Positions 48,272 to 58,251 of a DNA stretch of 64,000 nt are shown here, piece by piece. Within the stretch, counting starts at the first letter, position 1, and each line of letters opens with the position of its first letter. The stretch lies in the IMG/VR virus record IMGVR_UViG_3300043540_000465; one strand, written 5' to 3'. The stretch comes from an uncultured virus (IMG/VR IMGVR_UViG_3300043540_000465) (taxonomy: Duplodnaviria > Heunggongvirae > Uroviricota > Caudoviricetes). The translations under genes and the position numbers were made by a program. Below the pieces are notes generated by a model that worked only from the letters and a program-made list of their open reading frames with translations, had not been told where the DNA came from and searched no databases.

Positions 48272-49324
48272 ATGTCGGCGATCGTTTTTCGTGGCTGCGT
48301 GTACGTAGAAGCCAAGCGCAACTTAGTACCCGCAGTGAACGTCGAGACTGGCATGAAGGTCATGGTCAGTCCGCATACGTTGCAAACTCAACCGCAGCGC
48401 TACAAGGTGCGCCGTACAGATCCAGCTGAACGTACGGTAGTGCATCCCGCGATTGCCCGACAACCGGCCCCTACTACTCCGACTGCACCTGATACTGCGG
48501 GACCGCAACCGCACGAGTTGTTGCTGCAGGCAATGGCGGCCAAGCGTGTGCCCTATACGCCGAATAAGCAAGAAACCAGTGCGCTCCTGGCTCCAACCCA
48601 GTTACCTCCCGCGGCCCAAAGCGAAGTACGACAACGGCTGCGTGATACTCTAGGGTACCTGGGGCTGCACCATCATGGCGTCAAGCGGGGCGCCAACTCC
48701 TACCTACTCAATGACGACCCCGATGCCTACGGCTCCTACAACCTGGCCACAGGTGCCATTAACATGCAGGAGAGAGTGCACCAGCGGGCCATGGCCTTCC
48801 TACGCGATCCACACAACCCCCGCAATCGCAAGTACGCCGACGACGCGGCGACATTGCTGCATGAGACCATTCACTCGTGCTCGCCGCTACACCACAAAGC
48901 GTACGCCACTCATGCCGCGTTCGTGGAAGAAGCTACCACTGAGCTGTTGTCGCGCAAGGTCATGCGCGACAAGTTTGGCGTGCCGGATGAGCACTGGCAG
49001 GAACCTGATGGGTCGGTCGATGGTTCCTACGGCAAGGAGATCCATGGACTGCTGCGCATCATCAGCCGGGCGCTAGGTGATCCGCCGACTGCGCACCGGC
49101 GGCTGCAGCAGATGGTGGAAGATGCCGCGGTGAAGATGCGGCAACCGCAGCCCAAAGTGTTCGACCGGCGCAATCCCTACGTGGATCACTTCGTCGCACA
49201 GTTGGAGCTACCGGAGCACCTGTTCGCCGGGATGAATCCCGAAATGCGCGAGCAGAAAGAGCGCGAAGTGCGCAACAACATTAGCAATGCCATCAGCGAA
49301 CAGTACGGGACGTGGGAAGGATAG
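48272..49324 (+). CDS. Zincin-like metallopeptidase with shared leader
   Basis: GSYNLATGAINM, TLLHETIHS (HExxH) and downstream FVEEATTE third-ligand helix. Confidence 0.8.
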   Translation: MSAIVFRGCVYVEAKRNLVPAVNVETGMKVMVSPHTLQTQPQRYKVRRTDPAERTVVHPAIARQPAPTTPTAPDTAGPQPHELLLQAMAAKRVPYTPNKQETSALLAPTQLPPAAQSEVRQRLRDTLGYLGLHHHGVKRGANSYLLNDDPDAYGSYNLATGAINMQERVHQRAMAFLRDPHNPRNRKYADDAATLLHETIHSCSPLHHKAYATHAAFVEEATTELLSRKVMRDKFGVPDEHWQEPDGSVDGSYGKEIHGLLRIISRALGDPPTAHRRLQQMVEDAAVKMRQPQPKVFDRRNPYVDHFVAQLELPEHLFAGMNPEMREQKEREVRNNISNAISEQYGTWEG

Positions 49325-49358
49325 TAAGCTGGTATTTTGTGCTACTAAGGACCATACC

Positions 49359-50975
49359 ATGCAGGTGCAACTCCACGACGGCGCAGCCTTTTACGACTAC
49401 ACGCAGCTGCTGCCGTTTCTAGCCGACGTGCCCGGGGGCAACAACCGTTTGACGGCGGCCAACCGCCCGTCGTGGTACGATCCGGCATGGGACGTCACCT
49501 ACACCCACGACTTCACCGCGTTCCTGTTTGAGGGGCGGGGTGAGTTGCCGCCCGCCATCCTTCTGCATCCCATCGATCCTACCCAGCGAGGCCGCGTGGT
49601 GCTGCAGTACAAGCACCAGGAGGGTACCCCGTTCTACACGGTGATCGTCACCAAGGGGGGCCGCACCGTGTGGCAGGAAGAGCACGTGGCGACGCACGAT
49701 GTGACGGAGACGCTGCACAAGGCGCTCGATATGCTGCGCGAGACGCCGGCGGCCTACGTAGCACCCCCGGTCGCGCCGCCCGCGCAACCCGCACCCCCGC
49801 CCATCGACCCGCGCCATCCGATTCCGCTAGTGCATGCGCCGGTACCGGCGTGGTGGGATGTGCACTGGCACGGCTACGATTTCACCGACTTGTACATGGC
49901 AGGCCTTCCCACCAATCGGCTGCGCCCACCCACTATCATCCTGGAGTCGCGCATCGACAACGAGTTCGAAATCGTGGTGCACGACTACACCCAGGATCCG
50001 TGGCGCAAGGTCTGGCCCGCCCCGGAGCGGCCCATTCAGATCCTGGTGACGTTCCAGGGTAAGCCGATCTACGAGCAGCGCTTGCCCGCTGATAAGCTAC
50101 GCATCTACCGCGGCTGGCAGAGCGCGGCGCGGATGCTGCGGCGAGAGATCGCCACCAAGCAGCAGCGCGAGAAGCAGCAGGTGGACATCGGTCTACCGCC
50201 GCCCGGTCCTACGACCATGCGGCAGGTGGATCCGTTCTACGACGTGCTGCATCCGCGCAGGACCAACATCGCCCCGACCCAACCGGTGGCGCCGCACGAA
50301 GTGGACCTGCCGGAAGCGGCGCCGCCACAGCTTCAGACCTTCACCCGCAAGACGCTGTTCCCGCAGTTCGCGGACATCCACGATCCGACGGATCCCGCGG
50401 ACGAGGGGTTGGCGACTACGGGGTTGGTAGCGACGTTCATTGCGCCGGTGGGCGCCAACCCCCCGGTGTTGATACTGCGACGCACCGAGCGATCGCTAGA
50501 TCCTACCATCGCCGAGCCGTCCAAAGAAGATCGCATTCTGGTCACATGGTTTGGCGCGCGGTGGTCGCGTAAACGCTTCAAGCAGTTACCGTACAACATC
50601 CGCGTGTACTTTGCCAACCGGCTGCTGGCCGAGGACAACGTCGCCGCGCCGGGTGAGGCGTGGCGCTTGGTGCAGAAGGCCAACCGCGACCTCGCGGCCA
50701 AGCGGCGCCGCGTGGAGATTGCTGACATCACCATCAAGCCCATCAAGCTGGTGGTGAATGCCAGGCAGATCGAGCTTACCCCGGAGATGATCGCCCGCAT
50801 CAAGGGCGTGATTGCCAATGGCGATACCTACCGCTTCCTGTACCGCAACAAGGAGCTGTACGGCGTGCGCAAGGGCAAGAAGCCCAAGGTCATCAGCGTG
50901 CCCTACGGCGACACCAAGCCGGTGTACATCAAGGCACTAGACGCGTGGGTCGGCCTGATCAAGGCGGAAGGCTGA
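49359..50975 (+). CDS. Hypothetical protein with three internal domain repeats
   Basis: PPAILL / PPTIIL / PPVLIL units, each followed by similar strand-strand-helix patterns. Confidence 0.7.
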   Translation: MQVQLHDGAAFYDYTQLLPFLADVPGGNNRLTAANRPSWYDPAWDVTYTHDFTAFLFEGRGELPPAILLHPIDPTQRGRVVLQYKHQEGTPFYTVIVTKGGRTVWQEEHVATHDVTETLHKALDMLRETPAAYVAPPVAPPAQPAPPPIDPRHPIPLVHAPVPAWWDVHWHGYDFTDLYMAGLPTNRLRPPTIILESRIDNEFEIVVHDYTQDPWRKVWPAPERPIQILVTFQGKPIYEQRLPADKLRIYRGWQSAARMLRREIATKQQREKQQVDIGLPPPGPTTMRQVDPFYDVLHPRRTNIAPTQPVAPHEVDLPEAAPPQLQTFTRKTLFPQFADIHDPTDPADEGLATTGLVATFIAPVGANPPVLILRRTERSLDPTIAEPSKEDRILVTWFGARWSRKRFKQLPYNIRVYFANRLLAEDNVAAPGEAWRLVQKANRDLAAKRRRVEIADITIKPIKLVVNARQIELTPEMIARIKGVIANGDTYRFLYRNKELYGVRKGKKPKVISVPYGDTKPVYIKALDAWVGLIKAEG

Positions 50976-51017
50976 TTTTCTCGTACATGTCTGCGTATCT
51001 CCTTCTAGGAGGAATAT

Positions 51018-51152
51018 ATGCAGCTTACACAGCAGGAAGTTGCACAGCGCTGTCGCCGCAGTGGTCTCCGACTGGTAAGTAAGTACCACAGTACTGCGCA
51101 GCCGATACGCGTAGCTTGTAGAACCTGTGGACGGGAGTGGTACCGACTCTAA
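51018..51152 (+). pseudogene. 44 aa zinc-ribbon fragment (GLRLVSKYHSTAQPIRVACRTCGREW)
   Basis: AGGAGG RBS; same module as at 10792. Confidence 0.5.
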
Positions 51153-51161
51153 GGAGCTGCC

Positions 51162-51299
51162 ATGAGCCCGACACCGACGATAATCAAGTATCAGGGGCAG
51201 GTCTACAAGTTAGTTGGCACCCGCAGCGGGTAAAGCCTACACGGTGCAACAGGGTCAGTTCACCGACTGGATCGAGACGGGGCAGATCGAGAAAGCTTG
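51162..51299 (+). pseudogene. Leader-bearing truncated ORF (MSPTPTIIKYQGQVYKLV)
   Basis: AAGGAG RBS; stop at 51233 after 23 codons. Confidence 0.55.
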
Positions 51300-51305
51300 A
51301 TGATC

Positions 51306-51857
51306 ATGCGTACTCCTAAGCGTATCACCTACCACGGCCAACAGTACGTACGCGCGGACTGGCCGGTGCTGCCCGGCATGGGTGGCCGACTCACCGTTGG
51401 CCCACACATGCCGCACCAGTCGCCGTCGCCATCACAAGCGGTACGACCGCCGGGTGGAGGCCAGAGTGCGGGCGGTCCTGGCGGGCCGTCGGTACCGGTA
51501 CCATCCATCTCCGGTCCCGACATCGAGAAGGGACAGATTCCGCCACGGAAGGTACGCAAGCGGCTGCGGCGGTTCCTGCATCATCTGCGCAAGCTACTAC
51601 TGCAGACCGTGGATATGCGCGACGTTGATCTGCGCTATCTGCTGGCCAACTATAAGCTGCCCGCCGTGAGCATCTTGCTCAACGAGTGGCACGCCAGTCA
51701 CGACCGCATCGCCAAGTACATTGACGACGCGGAGATGGAGTTGGCAACCGCGGTACCGCGGCCCACGCACACGCCCAGCCTGGAACCGGGGCGGCGCCTG
51801 CCGCAGGAACCGTGGCCGAGTCCCTCCAACCCCTTCACGGGTCCGCAGAATCGCTAG
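51306..51857 (+). CDS. Leader-bearing Pro/Gly-rich protein (MRTPKRITYHGQQYVRA)
   Basis: Leader motif; intact ORF. Confidence 0.75.
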   Translation: MRTPKRITYHGQQYVRADWPVLPGMGGRLTVGPHMPHQSPSPSQAVRPPGGGQSAGGPGGPSVPVPSISGPDIEKGQIPPRKVRKRLRRFLHHLRKLLLQTVDMRDVDLRYLLANYKLPAVSILLNEWHASHDRIAKYIDDAEMELATAVPRPTHTPSLEPGRRLPQEPWPSPSNPFTGPQNR

Positions 51858-51865
51858 GAGCCACC

Positions 51866-52098
51866 ATGGGTACGCCAGCCGAGCTCAAACCGGAGAAGGA
51901 TGTTGAGGTTGAGGTCAAGACGCACGAGCACTCGCTGTCAAGGAGCATGCGTTCCTGGATGGCTTCTTGTCGGGATCGCACCAGGGATACATGGAGGCGC
52001 CGCCCGCGCCGTCGCCGTGGCAACAGCAGCGACTGGAGCGCGCGCCGTTGCGCGATCTGCCCACGGACATCGAGACGCTCAAGCACATCAAGCGGTAG
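51866..52098 (+). pseudogene. Small gene with apparent frameshift near 51935
   Basis: AGGAG + ATG MGTPAELKPEK...; a protein-like tail VKEHAFLDGFLSG...LKHIKR* lies in another frame. Confidence 0.45.
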
Positions 52099-52128
52099 CT
52101 ATCCTTAGTGTGTGGCTCGGAGACGATC

Positions 52129-52701
52129 ATGTCTATTCGCTACAAAGGCGTGTTCTACGTTGATGCGGCGTCCGCGGACTTCATGGCGCCTGCCCCCACC
52201 AAGCCGCTGGTGACTATTCCCACGCTGGATCCAAGTAGTAGTGGACCAGTGGGACAGATCGAGCCGGATGGATACACCGTGCATCTGGGACCGGATATGT
52301 ACCCACCCATCGGCTTCGACACTCCGCCAGATCTATGGGCCGCGAAGCAGCGTAACCCTAGCGACCTCGTGGTCATGAAAGAGATCGACGTCTACCGGGT
52401 GCTCAACATCCAGACCGCCAAGGATATGCAGGCGGCCATGATTACGTGGGACGCCGATCAGCTGCTGAAGTTCGAACGGCCAGTACGCACGTCGCTGGCC
52501 CGCGCGCTGATCGATATGGCACTACGGTACCAACGTCAGCCCATGGGCGTGTGGGTCAAAGCGGTAGAGGATCCGGACTTCTTCGATCGCTGGCGTGATG
52601 AGCGAGCGACGGTAGTGCTGAACGACCTCACTGACAGTCCGGACAACCTCGCCGACGGCGAACCGTTGCCCCGCGAGGAGCAGCAATCGCTGCCGCCCTA
52701 G
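52129..52701 (+). CDS. Protein with shortened leader (MSIRYKGVFYVDA)
   Basis: GGAG RBS before ATG 52129. Confidence 0.75.
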   Translation: MSIRYKGVFYVDAASADFMAPAPTKPLVTIPTLDPSSSGPVGQIEPDGYTVHLGPDMYPPIGFDTPPDLWAAKQRNPSDLVVMKEIDVYRVLNIQTAKDMQAAMITWDADQLLKFERPVRTSLARALIDMALRYQRQPMGVWVKAVEDPDFFDRWRDERATVVLNDLTDSPDNLADGEPLPREEQQSLPP

Positions 52702-52961
52702 CCAGCGAGGTAGCAGTCACAACACCTACTACGCTTACCACCACAGCTACGGAACCGGTACCCGAAGTTGCGGTACCTGCTGAAACCATCCCCACCTTCG
52801 CCACCCCGCCCGGCGTCTCCGCCGAGTAGTTCACCAGCGCCACGCTCCCGCGGCTGCGCTGTGCGCGACTTGACGGCCGCGCAGTTTCATGCTATATTTG
52901 TGTCGAAGCTGTAAGCAGCGTGGCGCCAAAACCGGCAGTTACAGCTTCCCAGGAGAGGATT

Positions 52962-55900
52962 ATGTCCGAGTACCTGTTTAAGACCAGTCAAGGTGACTTC
53001 TTCGCGGTCGAACCTGTGGATCACCGCGAGGAAGCGGCAGCCGCCGAGAAGGTGTACGCCGCGGAATGGACCCGGTACCTCGCGGGTGACATTCCTATGC
53101 CACACCACCCCTACGAGCGGCGCATCTCGTATCTGAACCCCGGCCGGGAGATGATCTACTACACCAAGGGTGACGTGCTCAATGGCGTGCCCATCCCCGC
53201 CAAGCGCGTGACGCGGCTACTGCGCGACGCCAGCCCCTTGAACGATCGCGACATTCGCGACATCCTGGAACTGCCACGATACTACGTCGAGCAGCTGTAC
53301 GACTCGCGCATTCTCACCGACGAGGAGTACAACGAGGTCTACGACTGGGCGTACAAGGAGCGCATGCGGCGGGCGCTGCCTGGTACCGGTTTCCCCCTGT
53401 ACTTCTACGGCCTGCATCGACTCTTCAAGAAGTTCATCGACGGCAAACTGGACCTGATGCGGCAGCAGTACTCCGATGGCACCTACTCGTGGATGATGTT
53501 CCTCGATCCGGTGCCGCATGCGTCGGCAGCCGAGGCCGCGTTCACCGGCAAGGTGAAGAAGAAGCAGCGGGAGAAGTTCCAAGAAATCATCGAGGATTCC
53601 AGCGGCGTTCCCCAGGATTACGTGCGCTACTGCGTGGCCCAGCAGTACGGGGCCAAGTTCGCCGAGATCACCGCGCGGATCGATGCCAAGGTCGCGGCCA
53701 TTGCCAACGCTAAGCCCGAGGACTGTCCGCTCATCCCCAACACCTCCAGCAAGGAAGAGTTGTACACGCACCAGGCACTGGCGCTGGCGAAGCTGCACCC
53801 CAAGGGACCAGACGGCAAGCGTATCGACGTGGATGAGGCGGTCATCGACATCGACGTTGGCGGCGGCAAGCTGCGCATCCTGGTGTACGATGCGTTGCTG
53901 TGCATCAAGGAAGGGCGCTGCAAGCGACCGTTGCTGGTCATGCCTAACTCCACTATCGCGCAGCAAAAGGACGAGATCGAGAGGTTCACGGGCCGTAAGA
54001 TGAAGCAGCTGGCCGACGGTGTCAGCAAGAAGATGGTGCGGCCTCCCAAGGTCAACGTGGTGGTGATCAACACCGACACGTTCCAGAAGTACGGCCTCAA
54101 GTACTGGGGCCACGGGGGCGAAGAGGCGGGCCGCAAGCGGTTCGAAGAGATCGCCAACGCGATGCCGCCCAATACCATCTACATCACCAGCTACGACTGG
54201 CTGCGGATGGGCGGCGAAGACGAGCCCGAGGGCGCGCCGATCGGCGAGATGGTAAAACAGTACCAGCGAGATTCGGACGGAAATCTGGAGATAGACGAGC
54301 AGGGCAATCCCAAGGAGATCAAGGCCGCGGTCAAGGTGATCACGCGGTACCCGCGGGCCGAGTGGCTCATCGATGCACTGGGCATCGATTACGTGGCGCT
54401 CGATGAGAGTCACCTTATCAAGAACCGCTCGTCAGCTACCGGCAACGTAGCGCTGCATCTGGGCAACGTCAAGATCAAGCGCATCGCCACTGGTACCATC
54501 ACTCCCAACCAGCCCGAAGACCTGTGGCGCCAGTACGCGTTCGTGGATCCGGGCCTGTTCCGCAAGTACTCCGACTTCCTAGCAGCCTACGGCAACGAGA
54601 CCGACGAGCAGGGCAAGGTGCTCAAGTGGAAACGCACCGCCCTGTCGGAGATCCGGCAGAAGATGATCAAGCACGGCGCGGTTATGTACCGCCGCGCTAC
54701 GTGGAAGCACCGCCTGCCGAAGAAGACCGAGACCTTCCACCAGGTGCAGCTGAACGATAACCAGCAAGCGGTGTACAAAGCCATCATCCTCGACCTGCAG
54801 CAGGAGATCGAGAACAACCCCACGCTCAAGGCGGAGTGGGAGAAGTTCCAGCAGGATCCCAACGCGATGCGCGACGTCGAGGCCAAGCACATCCTGGTCA
54901 AGCTGTCGCGGCTGGACTCGTTCCTCACCGCCATGGGTCAGGACACGGGCGATCTGGACGAGATCACCATCGTCGATGAAGAGGGCAAGGAACAGAAAGT
55001 CGAGACCAACCGCAAGTTCGTGCAGACGCTGCAGGGCGAGGACAAGGTTAGTCCCAAGTCCGCCGCCATCGACAAGATCCTGGATGGCCACTTTGCCAAC
55101 CCGAAGAACGGCAAGGTGGTGGTGTTCGTGCAGAACGAGATATCGTGCCAGCACTTGTACGACAACAGCAAGTACAAGGACAAGGCTGGCTGGTTCATGA
55201 AGTCGCCCCAGCTGCGACCGGTAGATGAGGCCCAAACCAACCTGAAGCGCTGGGAAAACCCTGACGACAAGGGCCTGCTAGTGCTGTTCGCAGTCGACAA
55301 GTCGCTGCGCACGGGTCGCAACTTCCAGAAGGTGTGCAACCGCGTCATCCATGCGGACTGCCTGTGGGACCCAGGTAATATGGATCAGCGTATCGGCCGC
55401 ATCGAAAGGCCGAAGTCGCCGTTCGGTGAGGGACCGCAGGCGGATCCCGGCATCTTCGTAGACTGGGTGGTCACCAACAACACCGCAGAGACCACCAAGT
55501 TCGCGCGCCTGCTCAGCAAGGTGGCCATCGTCGCCCAGGTGAACAGCGGCTTCGAAACCGATACTGAATGGACGCCGATCACCATGAACCCCATCAACAT
55601 GGGGATGATCGTGAACGAGGATCAGACGCCACCGCCGCCGTTCATCTCCTGGGATACCATCGCCGCGCACCGCACGCTGCCCCCCGCCATAGCAGTGCAC
55701 GAAGACAAGACCGGCGCTGAGTTCCGCGCCACGTACGGCACGGCGGATTACAAGCGGCAAGATCCCGAGCTTATCCATAAGTCACAGCCGGTGCATACGC
55801 CGAAATTGAATACCGAGCGCGTCGCGTACGAAAAGGAAGAGATCGGTACGCCGATCAAGGTGGATGCCAAGGGTGAGGTAATCGATGCGGAGCCGGAGCA

Positions 55901-57071
55901 GGAGCCTACGGTTGAGGACATCCGCAAGAAGAAAGCCCCCGGCCCGACGGTGCGCATCGATCACAAGCTGAAGGGTGGCAAGCCCATCCTGGAGATCAGC
56001 CACCCGCAGTCCATCAAGAACCTCGACCCAGATCACATCAAGGAGCTGGGGTTCAAGTACACCAAGATCAAGGGGCAGAAGGTGCTGTTCGTGCACCGCA
56101 GTTCGAACCTGCACCTGAAGCGCATCATCCAAGCGCTGCGCGACCACGGCTACCGGGTGGACTACCAGCACTCCAAGGCGGTACCGCACGTGGATACCAT
56201 CAAGGATCCGCGCGCGGCCAAGGAAGAGGCGCCTCCCAAGCCGCAGCCCGAGCGTGAGCGGGTGCGCAAGCCCAAGCCGGAAGAGAACGAGGGCGGGCCG
56301 GAGTTGGAGCGCGAAGAAGGTGCCCCGCGGCCCCCGAAGCGCAAGCCGCAGGAGGACGAGGACGAGGACGTTATCACCTTGGACGATGTGGAGGAAGCGG
56401 CCAAGCCTCCGGTGTCGCTGGATGCCGTGATGATCAACGACGCCATGTTCTATCGGCTGCGAGAGCCCAAGGGTGAGCTAGAGAGCGAGTTGGCGGCGCT
56501 AGGCTTCCGCCCCGAGCGCCCGCACTACTACGCGCCGCTGCGGTCGTGGCAACAGGCGCTGTTCCTGATCAGCCGCATCAAGAAGCTAGGCATCACCATC
56601 GAGGACGAGGCCGACGTGGTCAAGGCTATCAAGAATCGCGCCGTGCCGCTGATCAAGCCCAAGGGCGGCTTCAGCGAACTGGAGATCGACAAGCGGCTGC
56701 CGAAGAAGAGGGTGCGGGGCACCATCACCCTGTACTTCGCCAAGATCGACGGCGAACCCAACCTGGGAGTCACCGACCGCGAGAACACCGTGGATCTGAG
56801 TATGCTGCGCGCCCTGGGCTTCAGGCCGGCCGAGCGGTCGTACTTCTGGCGGCGCATGCAGCAGAAGGGTGACCTGCTGGTGATTCTGAAGCGCATGCTG
56901 GTGGCCGGGTTCAAGATCAAGAACTGGGAGAAGCTGTCAACGGTACTGCGCTCCGTCTTCAAGGTGTCGACGGCGGGGTTGGAGGGGTTGGAGTACACCG
57001 AAGAGAAGGACCAGCCGCGCAAGAAGCGGCGGGCCTCGCTTACTGCCGCCGCGTTTCGTACGTGGCTCTAG
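52962..57071 (+). CDS. SNF2/SF2 helicase-like ATPase with atypical Walker A and C-terminal repeats
   Basis: YTHQ, DVGGGKLR, LLVMP, TSYD, LDESH, ATGT..PNQPEDLW, KVVVF, TGRNFQ, WDPGNMDQRIGRIER. AGGAGAGG RBS before ATG 52962 (alternative start GTG 52920). Confidence 0.85.
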   Translation: MSEYLFKTSQGDFFAVEPVDHREEAAAAEKVYAAEWTRYLAGDIPMPHHPYERRISYLNPGREMIYYTKGDVLNGVPIPAKRVTRLLRDASPLNDRDIRDILELPRYYVEQLYDSRILTDEEYNEVYDWAYKERMRRALPGTGFPLYFYGLHRLFKKFIDGKLDLMRQQYSDGTYSWMMFLDPVPHASAAEAAFTGKVKKKQREKFQEIIEDSSGVPQDYVRYCVAQQYGAKFAEITARIDAKVAAIANAKPEDCPLIPNTSSKEELYTHQALALAKLHPKGPDGKRIDVDEAVIDIDVGGGKLRILVYDALLCIKEGRCKRPLLVMPNSTIAQQKDEIERFTGRKMKQLADGVSKKMVRPPKVNVVVINTDTFQKYGLKYWGHGGEEAGRKRFEEIANAMPPNTIYITSYDWLRMGGEDEPEGAPIGEMVKQYQRDSDGNLEIDEQGNPKEIKAAVKVITRYPRAEWLIDALGIDYVALDESHLIKNRSSATGNVALHLGNVKIKRIATGTITPNQPEDLWRQYAFVDPGLFRKYSDFLAAYGNETDEQGKVLKWKRTALSEIRQKMIKHGAVMYRRATWKHRLPKKTETFHQVQLNDNQQAVYKAIILDLQQEIENNPTLKAEWEKFQQDPNAMRDVEAKHILVKLSRLDSFLTAMGQDTGDLDEITIVDEEGKEQKVETNRKFVQTLQGEDKVSPKSAAIDKILDGHFANPKNGKVVVFVQNEISCQHLYDNSKYKDKAGWFMKSPQLRPVDEAQTNLKRWENPDDKGLLVLFAVDKSLRTGRNFQKVCNRVIHADCLWDPGNMDQRIGRIERPKSPFGEGPQADPGIFVDWVVTNNTAETTKFARLLSKVAIVAQVNSGFETDTEWTPITMNPINMGMIVNEDQTPPPPFISWDTIAAHRTLPPAIAVHEDKTGAEFRATYGTADYKRQDPELIHKSQPVHTPKLNTERVAYEKEEIGTPIKVDAKGEVIDAEPEQEPTVEDIRKKKAPGPTVRIDHKLKGGKPILEISHPQSIKNLDPDHIKELGFKYTKIKGQKVLFVHRSSNLHLKRIIQALRDHGYRVDYQHSKAVPHVDTIKDPRAAKEEAPPKPQPERERVRKPKPEENEGGPELEREEGAPRPPKRKPQEDEDEDVITLDDVEEAAKPPVSLDAVMINDAMFYRLREPKGELESELAALGFRPERPHYYAPLRSWQQALFLISRIKKLGITIEDEADVVKAIKNRAVPLIKPKGGFSELEIDKRLPKKRVRGTITLYFAKIDGEPNLGVTDRENTVDLSMLRALGFRPAERSYFWRRMQQKGDLLVILKRMLVAGFKIKNWEKLSTVLRSVFKVSTAGLEGLEYTEEKDQPRKKRRASLTAAAFRTWL

Positions 57072-57079
57072 GAGTAGTC

Positions 57080-57625
57080 ATGGCCAAGTTCCTCGTGGTT
57101 AACCGTCTCAACCGCGCTATCAACGCGCCCACGCCGTTCAGTGGTACCATCACGGCGCACGCCAGTAAGCAGTACGATGACGTCGCGCCCGCGGATGTGG
57201 AGCGGTCACTGGATGTGCAGCGCTCCCTCGACAACGGCGCCATCCAGGTGACGCGCCTGGACCACGCGACGGTACCGACACCGGTACTCGGCGACGCCGT
57301 ACCCGCCGGTACCACGGCGGAGCTGGATGGGCGACTGGCACAGATCAGCGCGCAAGCGCAGCAGGCGGTCGAGCAAGCCCGGCAGGCGGTCGCATCCATG
57401 CAGCAACTAGCACACACCGTCACTGAGCTACCGCCCACGATCATGACCGAGGTCGAAGCCTACCTCGATGGCAGCCCCAAGGTGTTGCAGCAGCTGCGCG
57501 CCGACCTACAGCGCTACGTCGACGACAAGATCCTGGGTGTGGACACCAAGGTCAACATGGTGGCCACCGATGTGCAGAAGCTGAAGGAAGTGGTGGCGCA
57601 GCTGCAGAAGGATCTGGGTTCGTGA
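57080..57625 (+). CDS. Coiled-coil protein
   Basis: AGGAG RBS; heptad-rich C-half. Confidence 0.7.
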   Translation: MAKFLVVNRLNRAINAPTPFSGTITAHASKQYDDVAPADVERSLDVQRSLDNGAIQVTRLDHATVPTPVLGDAVPAGTTAELDGRLAQISAQAQQAVEQARQAVASMQQLAHTVTELPPTIMTEVEAYLDGSPKVLQQLRADLQRYVDDKILGVDTKVNMVATDVQKLKEVVAQLQKDLGS

Positions 57626-57743
57626 GCCCAACACCACCTCCCCGCAACGATGACCAGACGCCGCTGCCGGGTAAGGAGCCGTGGGCCGACGAGGATTTCC
57701 CCGACGATGAGTTTGAGGACGTGCCGCCTACGGAGGAAACGTC

Positions 57744-57974
57744 GTGCCCACCGCCCATCGACTAGTGCGTCATGGCGTGGTCTACGTGCGCGCCACTGAG
57801 TTAATGCCGCCGTGCCGCAACTACCGCCGCGACCGCATCCACGAGTGGACGCCGGTGATGACGGTTAGTGGTTGTCAGACCGGCTGTGAGGGCTACGGAG
57901 TCATGGCACTGGATCCGTGCCCATTTGATACTGACTGGGCAGCAGCAGCCCGCACCTGCCCGTGCTATCGTTAG
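57744..57974 (+). CDS. Cys-rich small protein with leader variant (MPTAHRLVRHGVVYVRA)
   Basis: GGAGGA RBS; six Cys. Confidence 0.6.
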   Translation: MPTAHRLVRHGVVYVRATELMPPCRNYRRDRIHEWTPVMTVSGCQTGCEGYGVMALDPCPFDTDWAAAARTCPCYR

Positions 57975-57982
57975 GAGAAGTC

Positions 57983-58247
57983 GTGATGCTACCAAGCCGG
58001 TATACCACCCCATCCATGAGGACAAAGCGCGGGCGTTTGCGCGCAAGCACCACCGCGACTTCACCCCACGATGAGCATAAGCAGGCCAGCGCGTTACTGT
58101 CCAACGCCGCCGACAAGCACGTAGCGTTGACCGATGCCATGGGCCACGCTCGTCCTGAATGGAAGCGTAATCCAACCATGGCGCGCAGCCTAAGTGCGCG
58201 CTAGCCAAGGCCCATCTCTACTACGCGAAGAAGAAGCAGACTGCGTA
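57983..58247 (+). pseudogene. His/Ala/Lys-rich gene broken by at least two frameshifts
   Basis: AGGAG RBS; segments KPVYHPIHEDKARAFARKHH, HDEHKQASALL... and AKAHLYYAKKKQTA* fall in different frames. Confidence 0.4.
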
Positions 58248-58251
58248 GCGT

